The notes beneath the pieces are model-generated. The model saw nothing but the letters and a program-made list of their open reading frames with translations, was not told where the DNA came from and did not search any database. From contig CM068742.1 of the NCBI GenBank assembly GCA_035084275.1, positions 3,162,001 to 3,226,000 on the forward strand: 64,000 nucleotides of DNA. The letters run 5' to 3'. Shown here one piece after another: positions 13,090 through 26,925 of this stretch. The DNA comes from Hydrolagus colliei. Its lineage: Eukaryota. Position 1 is the stretch's first letter; each line of letters begins with the position of its first letter. The position numbers and the translations under genes were made by a program.

Positions 13090-13525
13090 ACAAGATTTCT
13101 GTGACTGCGATGACTGTGTGCACAGCAATCTCCCACAAACAGCTGTTTGGGCGGTCAGCTGAGTGTTTGTCACTTACAAAAAAATATATCACCGTGCTTA
13201 AGAGCATCCAGAGGAAGCAGAGAGTTCGCAAAACAAACAGCGATGAAGCGAATGAACGAAAATATCTGAAGGATTGTTGGCCAGGACACTGGCTGAAATT
13301 ATTTTCTCTTTTCAACAATGAACAGCAGAAGGGTCCTCACTTTAATATCTTATCTGGTATTACATCCTAACTGTAAGACAGCATCACTGAAAAATCAGCC
13401 CTCTGACAGCACTACACCAGAGTGTCAGCATCCATTATCAACTGAAAATTATGACTTGAAGTTTGAACCCACAACTTTCGAATCCAGAGGTGAGAATGCT
13501 ACTAATTTAATCAATTTGACACCTG
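13090..13525 (-). mobile_element. Deu-domain tRNA SINE (SacSINE1-like), old
   Basis: tRNA-like head (GTGGGTTCAAAC on minus strand), GTGTCCTGGCCAAC and GCTGTTTGTGGGAGATTGCTGTG Deu-type motifs. Confidence 0.7.
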
Positions 13526-14084
13526 ATACGTTCATGCTCGTGAGTGATATCAGGTTGATGCTGACATCTCCTATTGACAAACTTTCTTTATTCTCCCTTT
13601 TGTGTTATAACTCTCAAATCATCATATTATATTTAATTTGGTGCACAGTTTTGCAGATTGGTCGGTATCACTAAGGTGGAGTGGATGGAGAATTTTCCCT
13701 GCGTAACACGTGTGGAGATGTGTTAAACATGAAATTATTTTAACTAGCCTCACTGGTTGCTATGAGAAAGCACAGCTGGAAACTTTCTTCACTGTCAGAT
13801 CTCCAACTGTGCCTATTGGGAAACACGTCAAACAGAAATAAAACAAATTAAACAGGACTATCAAACAACTTTCAACACACAACCGTGCTTATTGCTGTGT
13901 TGAAATCCTATTGCAAATTTCAAATGAAGCAGATTTCACAGATGTTCCAGAGTCCATAATAAGTGGACCATTGTATTTTTCTCCACCGTCTTTCCTCTCA
14001 TCTCGACCTTCATGGGTCTGTCCTCACACAACAGTTTTCCAGAAAAAGCCATCGAGCGAATGACCAATTTTGTTTGGAGGATTA

Positions 14085-14392
14085 TTGGTCAAAACATCGG
14101 GAAAAATCTCTATTCTCTTTTCAAATAGTGCATGAGAACTTTATCATCCGCTTGTTGCGGGCTTGGTTTACCATCTCGTCTAATGCCAGCACCTCCAATA
14201 ATGCAGCACAACCCCAGTGATAAAAACAATCCTTGCATTTGTTGTAGCGCTTTTCACATCTTATCGACGTCTCAAAGCGCTTCACACAATATACATTGGA
14301 GTGTCAGTTTAGACAATATGAATTCCAAGTCCCGACGTGGGGCTTGAATCCACTAACTCGGAAGCGAACCTGCTAACATGGAGCCAAACTGA
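14085..14392 (-). mobile_element. SacSINE1-like head and body with a younger SINE tail inserted at about 14222-14290
   Basis: GGATTCAAGCCCCAC head on minus strand. Body CCCCAGTG..CATTGGAGTGTCAG is split by ATCCTTGCATTTG..AAAGCGCTTCAC. Confidence 0.65.
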
Positions 14393-15824
14393 TGAATAAT
14401 TTAACGTTTTATCCAAAGTCACCGGCTCCAACAGTGCAGCTGCCTCCAACCCAGGGCAAATTCAGGCTTTAAACTCGGTCTATGTTTGGCAAGCCAGTTT
14501 TTCTTTTCTTTTAAATAACTGGCTCGCAAATTGAGGGAAGGAATTTCTGAAAATTTGGCCCGGTCTTAAAATTTCAACGCAAAAGGCTGAAGGCTCAGGC
14601 CATGAGGAATGTTGGATTAGGTTACAATTTGTGAAGGTTACAAATTGATTCAGACCAATCAATCTGCAGCCGGTTGGATTCTTCGATTCCTGATCGATGA
14701 ACATCATAACAGCTGCATGCAGTGCTACAACTACTTTCGACAGATCCGTTCCAGTTAAATTCTATCTGTTCAAGTTGCAGCAGAAATCTGATAACAAACC
14801 GATGTTTGTGGAGACAGAATAATTTTTTTGTAGGCAGAACTATTGCCATCTCAAATGACATCTAAGCAATTTCTCATGTTATAGATTTGATTGCGATTTT
14901 TGTGAATTTATGTCAGATTATTATTGTCTGAACATATTTGTACAGGGACTAGCGACATTATTTTTTCTTGATAACTCTGTCCGTGGGTGTCCCCTCTGGA
15001 TTCAGTGCAAAGGGGCAATCTTCCAGGTGATGGAAAGATGGCTTTGATAGATTTTCTCACTTGTTTTGAAACCAAGAAACGTCTAGCATTCCTCCCTCAA
15101 TTATTCACTTGAAAGACAATGTTGCTGACAATGCTGTTGCTGGGTGTTGGTGCATTATTAACCCATAAACCTACTTGACTATTCTTTGAGTTGTATGTGC
15201 AATCCTCATCCTTTCATCTTCCCCACCCCCACCCCTAGGCCAGGGGGGCAGCCAACAGTGTTAAGCACTTTCATAGGTCCTCCTATTGTGAAATATACTA
15301 TATCAATGTAAATTGTGTTGTGCTGAATTGTTTAACCTCATGTCCAGGGATTTAAACTTCTCAGCTCAAGAATTGCAATGATGGAACAATAAGAAATACT
15401 GCAGTAACAAAGCAAAGGGAGAGTGGAAGGATACAGAGCAAGATAAAGTGGCTGAAAGCTTGGCTGGCATTTGTGAGCTTGATAGTGTAGAAAGATATGC
15501 ACCAAATCTGAGTTTATGGAGGAGTGGGAGTAGATGAGGGACTGAGACTGGAGGAGACCACACATGTAGGATGAGGCAAGGGTGAAGAGAAAGTCTAGAA
15601 AAGTCAAAATAAAGTTCTTGGCAGTATGAATTAAGGTGTCCGAGATAAAGAAATATCATGTTTTAAGAAAATGTAAGCACCCAGACTGATTCAATACATT
15701 GTCGGGCTAAATTGATGATTATAATAAAAGACATTGAGATGGCAATTGCTTCAGACACTGATGAATTAATTATCAAATATCAGTGTTTAAAAAAAGTATT
15801 ACTTTAAACATACAACATGATGGG

Positions 15825-16160
15825 AGCTGTTGGGGCGTATTGTAATGTCAGAAGTGCCATCCTTCAAATGAGACATTAAATCAAAGTCCTGTCTGCTTGT
15901 TGAGATCCCCTGATTAAAGAATCCATGGAAATATTCAAAAGAAAAAGGATTCTCTTCCTATGTGCTGCCACAAATTCCACAAATTGAACAAAAAAGGTCA
16001 TTCATTTTCATGATTATTCGTGGGACACTGCTGTGTATAATTGGAACTGCTACATTCGCCTACTAATACAGTCAATCCAACTCAGTGAATCATTTGAAGT
16101 GCTTTGAAACATTCTCCTGACATTAAGATACTATGAAAATGTGAGGATTCTTCTTATTAT
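15825..16160 (+). mobile_element. Deu-domain SINE (SacSINE1-like), body and tail
   Basis: GTGCCATCCTTCAAATGAGACATTAAA, ATCCATGG..ATTCAAAAGAA, GTGGGACACTGCTGTG, GAAGTGCTTTGAAAC tail. Confidence 0.75.
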
Positions 16161-17529
16161 TATGTGGATAATGTTATTATGTGGATGCTAGTGGAGCTTT
16201 GCTATGTGTAGATTGGCTGTCACATTTGCTTCCAAATACACAGTAACTACAGTTTACAGTAACTCCTGTGTCGTGTTTCAGACCTTTCCAGTTTGTTATT
16301 CATCTATGTTGGATTATGACTGATAATAATTCAACAGCACTGCAGGAAAAACATTGTCTTTGCATTGGTCTGCTCGATTGAACAACTGCACTGATCTGAG
16401 AGGACATGAAGTTGCTGATGAGTGTTCTCCCAACTCCTCTTTTTTTAAAAAAAATTCCCTTAAATAAACTGATTATTCTGGCTCAGACACAATTTAATAT
16501 CATCAACACCTGCAACATGATCTGTACCCCCTGCACAGTCACTATATCAAATTTTACCAGAAATAGTAGTTATCTCTCCTATAAACTGTTAGAAAGGTGT
16601 TTTAGCTGAATCATCGCTCACCATGTCAACACAGTTTGAGGCAGCATCAAACAAGACAAACAGCATGCTTTCAAACTTATATTGTCTAATTAGATGAGTT
16701 CAGATGCCCAGATGTCCCATTCAATAACAACAAAATTACACTTGTATGGCGCCTTTCACGTCAGGAGGATGTCCCAAAGCACTGGTTCAAGCTAATATAG
16801 TGCCCTGACTAGCCACACCTAGACCAACAAGGACAGTTCTGGGTGCTGCAACATGAGGGAAATAAATAAGATCTAGAGGCAATTTATTCGAAAGCAACAA
16901 GGATAATCCTAGCTTTAGAGGAAGCAACTACACGCATTAACTGGGCAAGCTAGGATCATACAAAACCTGGAGGAGACTAAGACCAAATTTAAACTATTTG
17001 GTACATCAGCAGACATGAATTCCAGTGCAGCTTTCCGTTATGTATAGAAACGGACAAGCTAATGCCAGCAACTTCATCAAGGTAATTTTCTGATGGTTTC
17101 CTCATCATTTATTACCTGCCGTCATCGCCATCTCATCAGAAACACTGCATTTTTGTCCTTGTGAACAGTTGATAGTGAATCTTTACACTTATCTTTCTCA
17201 GTGCTTCATTTAAAAACCAATCTCACCCATGGAGGTGAAGGAAGAACCTCGTGGTTGATTTTTTAAAAAAAAGGAATTTGGAGCTATCATTGATTAAATG
17301 GAATTTAGAATTCTGAATTTCCTTGATTTATTAGGCTGGACATACTTTAAATGTTACTTAATTAATCTTCAACTACTTAGCTCATAATTGAGTTTACCTT
17401 GCCAAATAAAATGAATAGGCAGCAATAGCAAGTTATTCAATCAGTAGTTTAAAGTGGTTTAAAGTGATATATATTTTATATCAGTAAAATATTAGACACA
17501 AAATAATACTGTTATTTCACATAACCCCT

Positions 17530-17790
17530 GTAACATTAAAATGTGCTTCACAAGTAATTTTTGTTAGTGTATTTAAATGGAAATCCAGCAGCCCATCTCA
17601 TGTGAATTCAACAATTTATTTGGTGTATTGTCAACCAGACATCAGGAAAAACTCTGTTCTGTTTTCTTATTGTGGGTCTAGTAACTTCAACCTGAAGAAC
17701 CAGATAGGATCTCAGTTTAATGTGTCAGCCGAAGAATAGTGCCTTTGACAATGGAGTTCACCATCTGTACTGCAATCTGCGTAGCCAAGT
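17530..17790 (-). mobile_element. Deu-domain SINE fragment, very old
   Basis: TCTCAGTTTAATGTGTCAGCCGAAGA..TTTGACAATG is the reverse of the SINE body seen at 15850. Confidence 0.5.
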
Positions 17791-19099
17791 TGATACCAGT
17801 GTTAGACCACAAATCAAATATAATGTCTGTTGACTTTAAAATACTCAGAATATGTTCAGCCTGACAAAAACACATTTTCCTTTTGAAAAAAAAGCTTTAG
17901 TCCAACAGAAGAATGAAACAAATATTAACCTTTTTTAAGATTATAATGTAAACAATTGCTGGGTAACAGTGGTGTGGCTTGAAATAAAAAATTGCTTTCT
18001 GTGATATTTCTTATAACCGTCTCAGTCACTAGCATGCTGTTTACCACCACAGTCACAGTAGCCAATGTTTATTTAATGCAGCATTGATTTCATGAAAGTA
18101 TAGCAATTATCTTGACAGTGTACAATACTTCTTGATCACAAGCTACAAATTAGCACTCAGTGTCGAACAGAATAGAAACGACTTTTATAATGCATTTGTC
18201 TGGTTCCAAAGTAGATCAAAACCTTTTCTCTCCCTATTTCTCGCTTTCTCTCAAAAAAAATCCTAACCAAATAGCTATCATATTACTCCTTGAATTTGCT
18301 GGCGCAATCTGCCTCCATTGCCTCCCTGGGTAGTCCATTCCACAAAGTCTGTGTAAAGTAATTAAATCTAAATCTCCCCTCTTCAGAGATTGAGCTTTCT
18401 TTACACCCCATCCACACCAATAAATCCTTGGAGCCTACAAGTTGTACCATAGTGATAAACATACTGGTATCAGTTTGAGAGTTAACACATACTACATAAG
18501 GGTAGCAGCTGAGAAACTAGTACTGAAGGGGATAATCAAGGGAGCAATAGTATAGAGTATGAGTAGGAATAGATCCAGGGAACCTGTCTGTGATAAACTG
18601 TTTAGTTAGATCGTGCGAGCACCAAATTAAGTGGCTTGTCTTATTTAATTTACATTCACCTCATACTGCACCCACTGGAGTTTTTCCCTTTGGAAATTAT
18701 CCATCACCATCATTCTCCAATCTGTTCTCAATGTTACTTGATTTGATCTCAGTGTTGATCAAATCAACCACCATAATTTGGTTTTGCAGGCCACCCATAA
18801 AAGGGTAAGAAACAAATACGAGTCAAAATCTTTCTACGATTTAACAATGGGGGGGAAAAAAAATACAGTTTTGGCTTTCCAAATGTATACTCTGAAAAGT
18901 TGGACTTCAAAGGTTTAATAAAACGTTTCTACAACAGATAGAGAGAGCACCAGAAAAGATGTACTTACTTAAAAGTAAGTTGTTTGCAGGGATATGTAGA
19001 AAATGGAACTGAATCGATTGTGCGTTCAATATGCCAGTATGGGTATGACACAATGGGTCAAAAGGCTGTGTTCTGTGAGGCTCTCTGGCTCTCTTGTCA

Positions 19100-19512
19100 A
19101 TAACAATAAACTTTGCGTTTGTTATTGCACCTTTCATGTCAGGAGGCTGTCTCAAAGCGCTTTCACGGATTTACTGTAAAGTGCAGATAAGCTGTGTTTT
19201 GGGAAACTCATTTCTCTTTCTGAATAGTGTCATGGAATTTTTAACATCGACCTGAACTGGAAAACAGGCCTTTGGTTTAATTTTCTTCGAAGGATGGTAC
19301 TTTTGACAATCCAATACATCTCCAGCTTTGCACTGGAGTCTGGACTAACAATATTTCAACAACGACAATAACAAAATGACACTTGTACAGCACCTTCCAC
19401 GTCAGGAGGACGTCCCAAGGAACTGGAATATGTGAGTTCAACTCCCAACAAGCAGCTTGAATTCACCGGCTTCTAACTTCATGACTCGAGGCAAGAGTGC
19501 CACCACGCTGTC
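19100..19512 (-). mobile_element. SacSINE1-like element with a short L2 tail inserted at about 19357-19425
   Basis: TGAATAGTGTCATGGAATTTTTAAC body and GACTCGAGGCAAGAGTGCCACC head, interrupted by (AAC)n..ACGTCAGGAGGACGTCCCAAGG. Confidence 0.7.
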
Positions 19513-20251
19513 TTTATCAAATTGTGTTTTGTATAGTTTTTAAAAGAAAGCAATACTTCATAATCCACTAATAAATTCATTTGTTATATTTGACTGTTTA
19601 ATATTGCAATATGACTGTTCGATATTTTTCAGAGTCACAATGAGTAACCCATATGCATAAAAGATCAGCAAGTGGAGGCAGGAGCTGCCTCTAAGTGTTA
19701 ATAGAGATTTTAGCAACTGATTGCAAAGTTACAAAGTCATTATTTATTTTTTAATACAATTTTTTTTCTCATTTGTAATGGATTACAAATTAGGCAATTA
19801 AAACTGGCCTTGGCAAAAAGTAATGAAACGTGCAAACAGATTTTATTTTCAAGCTAATGTTTATTCAAGTCTACTCGCATTGAGGTAAATGCAAAAAGGC
19901 CTATCAAAGCCAAGTACTGTAAATTGAAAGCACAAGCCTTTTGTAACATTAGAGGCAGGTTTGAAAGGATGGTGGAAATCACTTCATCATTGTTTGTTGT
20001 TGCTTTGTTAAGTGCTCAAGAACAATGCAGTTGCAGAAGTTTCATTTAAATCAAGCAAAATCATTCACATGTGCTACACCTATTTCACTGAACATACTAT
20101 CTCAATTGGTCTTGCTTGTTAAATTTTAAAGTGATTCGAACGTAATCTAGCCGAAGTGGAAGTGAAATTGTTTCGGGAAATTTCTTATTGTGGAAAAGAT
20201 AGATCTGAAATGCTCCATGATGTCTCTTTAAAAGTACGTTACTTTGCGATG

Positions 20252-20614
20252 AATAATAATGACCATTTGATATAGTGCCTCATTGTATTAAGAGATCTCA
20301 AAACCCTTCACAGAATGTACAGTAAAGTGAATTAACTGGATATTTGTGGGCGAAACGTGGCAGCCAATTGAGCACAGCAGCGTCCCACAAACAATTGTGG
20401 ATTGAATGACCATATTGTATATTTATTTATTGAAGGGATTGTTACCCCTGGAGAGCCTATCGCCAGTTGACTAACAACTGGGTTCCTACTTACTGCTGGT
20501 AAATAGAGGCTTGTGGAGTAAGGAAACTTTCCTGAGGTCTCACCCTGCGGGAATCGAATTTGGCGTTCTCTCACTTGCTGGGTGAGTGCTTTCAGCAATA
20601 CTCTACATGACCCC
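20252..20614 (-). mobile_element. tRNA-derived composite SINE, long form (tRNA head, CORE-like, Deu-like 3' part, L2-type tail)
   Basis: Minus strand: TTCGATTCC B-box, AAGTTTCCTTACTCCACAAGCCTCTATTTACCAGCAGTAAGTAGG, TGTTTGTGGGACGCTGCTGTG..AATTGGCTGCC, (ATT)n tail. Confidence 0.85.
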
Positions 20615-20864
20615 AGTTTATGGAAGGGTATTTGTTTGAAATCATCCAGATATGGCAGAGGTGGGCTGCAAAGTCAGTAAACTTTGATGGATCGTGGTGT
20701 AACGACTGGTGGCTAAGATAAATGCACCCTTTGAGTAAACAAGAGTAAAGGAGTAAAGGAGCTATCCATTGTGCAATGTGTTCAGCGGGAAATCAATTAA
20801 ACATGTGGCCCGGGATTAAATGGGTTAATTTTTTTTAATTGTGTGTGCACGTGCACATATTCAT

Positions 20865-20887
20865 GTGTGTGTGTGTGTGTGTGTGTG
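20865..20887. repeat. (GT)n microsatellite
   Basis: About 11 GT units within a longer purine-pyrimidine alternating tract (20840-20925). Confidence 0.95.
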
Positions 20888-21433
20888 AAAGAGGATATGC
20901 ATGTGTATGTGTGTGCACACATGCGTGATCGCAATGTGGCATATATCCAAGAAATTATTTACTGATACATTATAATTTTTGTAACTATGTAAATGCCATG
21001 CAAGATCGATTAACTGTCAACCTATACAATAACTAGAGAATGAAATGGTTATCAGTTCTATTTAAGAGTAGCTTTCCTTCAAGTTAGTTGTATACTTCCC
21101 TTGACGTCTTTCCATTCCTGCATCAAGCTGTTTCTTAAATAAATCCTGCGACCTAGTAAGAACAAAGCTATGGCATTTTGGAAAGAACAATGATGAAACA
21201 ACATATCCTGCTTTTGTCATGCTCTGAATATCAGATTCAAGTATAGACATCTAATACAAAAAATTATTTGTTTGGGATTTGATAGAACAACTTAATTTTG
21301 GACTGCTCCATTCTGACCAGACTGTGTGCAAAAAAGTGACATCCTGTCATAACCTCTTGACATTCTGCTTTCTTTGTGATTTCATGTTATGAAAATTGTC
21401 CTTAGAACTCTATGTGAGGTTGGAAGATCTAAT

Positions 21434-21747
21434 TAATAATAATAATCCTTGCATTTGATAGAGTGCTTTTCACATCTTATCCCTTCTCAAAGTGCTTCAC
21501 AGAATATATAATGTAAAGTGAATTGACTGTGTATTTGTGGGTGAAACGCGGCAGCCAATTGCGTCCAGCCGTGCCCCACAAACAATCGTGGATTGAAATG
21601 ACCAATTTTTATCATTGTGCTTTTTTTATGGATTATTACTAGGTGTGTGGAGTAAGGAAACTTGTCCAAGATTTCGCCCTGATCTGCCTGGATTCGAACA
21701 CAGGTCTCACGCTTGTAAAGCGAGTGCCTCTAACCACTGAGCTACAG
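21434..21747 (-). mobile_element. tRNA-derived composite SINE, short form, near full length
   Basis: Minus strand TGTAGCTCAGTGGTTAGAG (A box), GTTCGAATCC (B box), TTGGACAAGTTTCCTTACTCC, Deu-like segment, ATGCAAGGATTATTATT tail. Confidence 0.9.
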
Positions 21748-21819
21748 TAGTTTCACGAGCAGGTTAATGAACAGTTGGATCATCACTCATATGTGTTCAT
21801 GCAGTTGCTTTACCTTGGG

Positions 21820-22412
21820 GTGTCAGCCTGGCTTAGTTGGTGACACTCTTGCCTCTGAGTCCATGTCTGGACTTGAACTTACATTGGCTAGGCTCACACT
21901 GCAATACAGTGATGGGCGTGTGTTGCATTGTTGGAGCTGTTAGCTTTTGGGTGAGATGTAAAATTGTCATCAAGAATAATAACAACAACAACTTGGATTT
22001 ATATAGCGCCCTCCACGCCCGACAGCGTCTCAGAGCGCTTCCCAATAACAGATCCCGGGGACGAGCCAGGGGGATAGGGGGAAAGGTGACTGAAAGCGCA
22101 GTCAAAAAGAAAGGTCTTTAGCTGAGACCTAAAAATAGGAAGAGAGGGGCAAGGCGAAGGGAGTGAGGTGCCACCTGCCTGTTCACAAGAACATTAAAGA
22201 TCCCGTGCACAGGTTAAACATACTAGTGTCTAGGCTAACTATCCCCCAGATAAAATTGGTCATTCATTTCAAGGCTGTTGACATTACTGTGTGAAAATGG
22301 GCTACCGCATTTGCCTAGAAATACAGTCATTCCACTTCATCTTGTGAAGCACATTGGGACATCCCTGCAGTTCTAAAAAGATGCTACCAATACGAAATGC
22401 AAAGATTATTAT
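21820..22412 (+). mobile_element. SacSINE1-like SINE split by an L2 insertion
   Basis: Head GGCTTAGTTGGTGACACTCTTGCCTCTGAGTC; body resumes at about 22170 (CCTGCCTGTTCA..AAAGATCCCGTG); tail TGCAAAGATTATTATT. Confidence 0.75.
21975..22168 (-). mobile_element. L2 3' end (subfamily B) nested in the SINE
   Basis: (AAC)n TTGGATTTATATAGCGCCCTCCACGCCCGACAGCGTCTCAGAGCGC, homologous to 3080-3272. Confidence 0.9.
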
Positions 22413-25400
22413 TATCTTGTAGAAACAATAAACTCAAAACTCAAAAGTCGCACTCATGATTGGCTTCAAACCCTTTGGAGTAAGGTCACGGGGAACCGCA
22501 TTGGAAGTATTCCAAAGCTTTACAGATGGCCGTGTTTAAAGTTCACGCAGAGCAGAGGGCAACTTGAGGAGCTAGTTTCAACTAGGTGACCACCTAGTAG
22601 GTCAAAGACAGGGAAATGTTCATTGTACCCCTGGGGCAAAAAAAAAAAGCACACTTTATCAGAGAAAGATAGTGCTACCATCGCATGAGTTGATGAAACA
22701 ATTTTATTTTCTAATATCTTTCAATGCGTCATTCGGCCACACAAAACAAAAGGGACAAAGGATAACACAGCCAAAGATAAACAAGGATATCAAATAGCAT
22801 CTGAAATTAAGTGTGCCCATTTGCAGAGCTCAGTGACACAATTGGGCAACGAGACCCTCTGGCAGCTGGCTGCCTACTTGCAGTTACTGGCCTGTGAATG
22901 AAATCAAATTCTCTATAGTTCCATGTATTTATTTCAGTTGCATAGCATTTGGCCTCATGAAAGTAACATATATTCACTGGAACTTTGAATATTCAAGCTG
23001 ACAGAAACAATTTACACCTTAAATTGCACTATGATAAGGCTCACTAAGAATCCACAGTCATTGTCGATATAGATTAATAATGTAAAATTACAGTACCTGC
23101 GTAGCTCTACTTGAAAAAAGACATCTGGTTTCCCTTTAGCAAAGTTGATTGAAATCGGCATGGAAATGACTCATAAATAAGATTTGTTTTTCTTTAAATT
23201 CTCCTTCTTCAGCTCCTTGGCTCTCCTCCTTTTATTCGTTGCACGGAGCTGTTTGGCTGAAGACTGATCAACACCTTATTTGTAAAGCTGAAGTGGTTTG
23301 ACAGCACTCACCGAGGTGTAAGGTTATGAAATTATGATATTTGAAAGGTTAAATGTAAGCTCCGTCTAGCTTTATTAGAGTTGAATTTTAAGAGAGCAGA
23401 ATAATGCATCAGATGAACATAACCTCATTTTATAAAAACAGATAAAAATTAACTATTAATGTATCTGGCATTTCTTGTCGAATATAATATATAAAAGGTT
23501 GTTGTTAGAACACTTTGACAAGAACAGTCCGTAATAAGCTAAATGTTTTGCATATTATGGTCATTTTCAATCTACTGATTCATAATTCACTAAATATTTT
23601 AAGTCTTCCATGTCAATATACACACTAGTCATGTTTAATTTCCCAATGTGTTACTCTTAATTTGATTTTCAAACCTTGTTAGACTGTGGATCCATGTCTT
23701 AATTAACATTTAAAGTCGAGGCACTTGGTATATTGTGAACACAAAATAGGTATATAAAATATTAACTATGAAATGCACATTGTTTAATCTTTAAATACAC
23801 AGTTAAAGTTCCTGACAAATGAAAATGTTGCCATTATGTTTTTAAATATGATTGAGAGTAATTCAGTCAAACCACTGAACCATGCCTTAGGGTTACAGTA
23901 TGTTTAAAGACAGTTTTTTTGGAAATGGATACGTGAAAAGTTTTTTTTAATGAATCACTCAGTGTTTTATTTTTAATTAATCTAGCAACTCCTAAAACCG
24001 CTGTCATTTCACCATGACAGCAGCTCAGCACTTGGGACAATATAACGAAAGCTGCTTTGCCTGTTTCCTGCTCTATTAACACGTCAAACAAAATCACAAA
24101 TGTCACTGAGAAGTAGATCAGCAATTCGGCCCATTGAACCGATTCCTGTCGCAAATCGTGTAGAATTATCTCAACTTGAAATCCACCTAACCCCTTTCAT
24201 TTCCCGAGAAAACTTCTCCAAAATTTCTCCCTGACCTTTCCCCTGAGAGAAACTAAAGCAAGTGTTGATCAGAAAATTTATTTGGCCTCACATCCTGGCT
24301 GCTTTTCTTTGCACAATATTTCCATGGCTGAAACTCCATGTCACTATTCAAAAAGAAAAGTGAAGTATGTTTAAGTTTATCCTGGGCAACAATCCTCCAG
24401 ATAAATTTGTCATTGACCTCCCATCTGTTTGTGGAACTTTGGGGTGACCAACATTTCTCCGATAAACAGTAACTGCACACAACAACAATTCCTGTGAAAC
24501 GTTGAGGTATTTTGAGTTATAGGTGCTCCTAAATTATAAATTCTTTGTTGCGGTTGCTGATGATACATCCCCAGCAGACTTCTTGCTCGGAATATATTGA
24601 TCACCATTCTCAGTGAACGTCGAGGGGAATGATGCTGACCTGCCAGTCTTGGGAGAGATGGCTCCATTAAGTCAGCATCTAAAAACACACTTGAGGAGAA
24701 GAGTTCAAATTTAATCCAATCTGGGAATCAAAGTTGCTTCACCTGAGTCCAATGCTCTATTGACAAATTTCATATTTGTGATAAACTGGCAGCTGAATTT
24801 TGTAAACTTCTCAAAACAGCTTTGCACTTCAAGTGATTGTTTTTTTACACACACTTTCAATGAAGCCTACATATTCTTCTGTCTCCTTCCTTTGGTTGGT
24901 AACATTTAATCAATTTTTGACTTGGTTGCGGGACAAACTGCTCTACACAAGGACAAACTGGTCTTTCTCAAGGGAGATCAAGTGAATAAGCAATGGCTGA
25001 CATTGAACCAATTTAACCTGCTAAGGTTGTTGCTCATTTTCTTTTGATAATGGAGAAGCTCTCTCAGTAATCAGAAACTGTCTCCAACTGGAAAGATGGC
25101 GGTAAATTTATAGTGTCTGGATGAAAAGGGAATGAAATATGCCATGGTTTCGCCATTTTATCAGGCACATAACCAACCGTTAAATTGTTGCACTGATATT
25201 CCAGCAAAGTTGTGAAAAGCATTGATTCCTTCATCACTTGTTTACTTTAAGATAGCCATAATCTTAATTTTTAAAAATGCAGCACCCCAAAGGAACCCTT
25301 GAATCCATCAATCTGATGGTGCTAGTCTTCAAATGGGAGTAAACAACTTAAATCAGAAACCTGAATAATTGAATATAGCTTTATTATTTAAGAAGCCGCT

Positions 25401-25891
25401 CAAAATTGCACCACATGAAATTGTTATTTTCATTTTACGTTTGCTACAAACAGTTGGAGTTGGAAAAACAATGAGAAATTTGCTCATCTCTCCTGTGGAT
25501 TTGTCACGATTTATGCTAATCTACCAAAATAAATTCGAAGAGTCATTACAGCAGATCGTAGATCACAAGCAAATTCACTGAGGCTGTCAGCTTCCGTTTT
25601 AACTAATCAAGTGAACTTCAGCAGTTCCACGATAAAATGCCACCTGATAGCTTGTTTCTCATGCTGAATTGCTTCGCTTGCATTATTTATAGTTTCTGTG
25701 TCATTGTGCCTTTTCTTGGGACTACTGACAGAGCAATAAATTGATAGTCTTCAGATTTTATATGCTATTATAGATATTTAATGTACTACTGAACTATATA
25801 TAGTTTTCCAAAGAAATCCACCACTCTGAGTAACCCAGCTTTAAGGTTTATAGTCCTAACTCCAAAGAGTTGATATTGACGTTGTTAAATA

Positions 25892-26925
25892 CAGTAAAAG
25901 ATCCATTTATCTGGCACCCTCGGGACCTGGCCAAGGCTGGTTAAACAGCATGCCGGATATTCAGGCGGCGAGTTGCCGAAAACTCAACACATTTTGTTTC
26001 TAAAAATAACATACCATATTAATAATAGACTAAATAATAACAGAATATTGTATGGATACTTACCAATAAAGCAATAAATATCAATTACAGTCTATAAACA
26101 CAGCACACAATCACAAAGCAAACTTCTACAATGGTGGACAGCCAAGAGTTTTTTCCTCTTAAAACGGCACTGTCTGTTTTTTCTTTCTTTCTCTCCCCAC
26201 TTCCCTCTCTCTTTCACACACACACACACACTCAGTCAGTCTGGCATCTCAATGGCTACAACCCAACCCCCTCCACTCCTATAATTTTCCATCTACATTA
26301 ATCAACTCAACCCCCTCTCTCTCTCTCTCTCTCTCTCTCTCCCCTCCTCTCCTCCCCCTCTCTCTCCCACTCCCCTCTCTTTCTCCTCCCCCTTTCCCTC
26401 TTTTTTCCCCCCACCCTCTCTCTCTCCTTCTCCCACCCTATTCCCCACCAAAACAGTGTATAGTCCCACGATACTGTAAGGCTATACAGGCAATGNNNNN
26501 NNNNNNNNNNNNNNNNNNNNNNNNNNNNNNNNNNNNNNNNNNNNNNNNNNNNNNNNNNNNNNNNNNNNNNNNNNNNNNNNNNNNNNNNNNNNNNNNNNNN
26601 NNNNNNNNNNNNNNNNNNNNNNNNNNNNNNNNNNNNNNNNNNNNNNNNNNNNNNNNNNNNNNNNNNNNNNNNNNNNNNNNNGAGAAAAAGGAGAGAGGGA
26701 GAGGAAAAACCGACAGCGCTGCTTTAAGAAGAAAAAACGGAAGTGCCACTACTGGCAGCATTCAGAACTAATTGTACTGTACTCTCATGTGACAATCAAC
26801 TCATTAAATGCGCCACCGCTATTGTGCCAGATAAGATACGGTTATTTGAATGAGGACCTTTTTTTGAGGTGCTGGTTATACGGAAGTTGCGGTTGATCAG
26901 GTCACGGATAATCAGGCTTTTACTG
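25892..26925. mobile_element. Non-autonomous Tc1/mariner-superfamily (Tigger-like) element with TIRs and TA TSD
   Basis: TA|CAGTAAAAG..ATTTATCTGG at left and CGGATAATCAGGCTTTTACTG|TA at right; second copy at 33120-34049. Confidence 0.85.
26496..26681. other. Assembly gap (186 N)
   Basis: Run of N inside the TIR element. Confidence 1.

Noticed and set aside
21680-21747. tRNA gene (TAC anticodon-like loop); also at 46960-47030, 51170-51233 and 52173-52235
   Set aside because: No proper acceptor stem, the anticodon region varies between copies, and each continues into SINE body sequence, so these are SINE heads.
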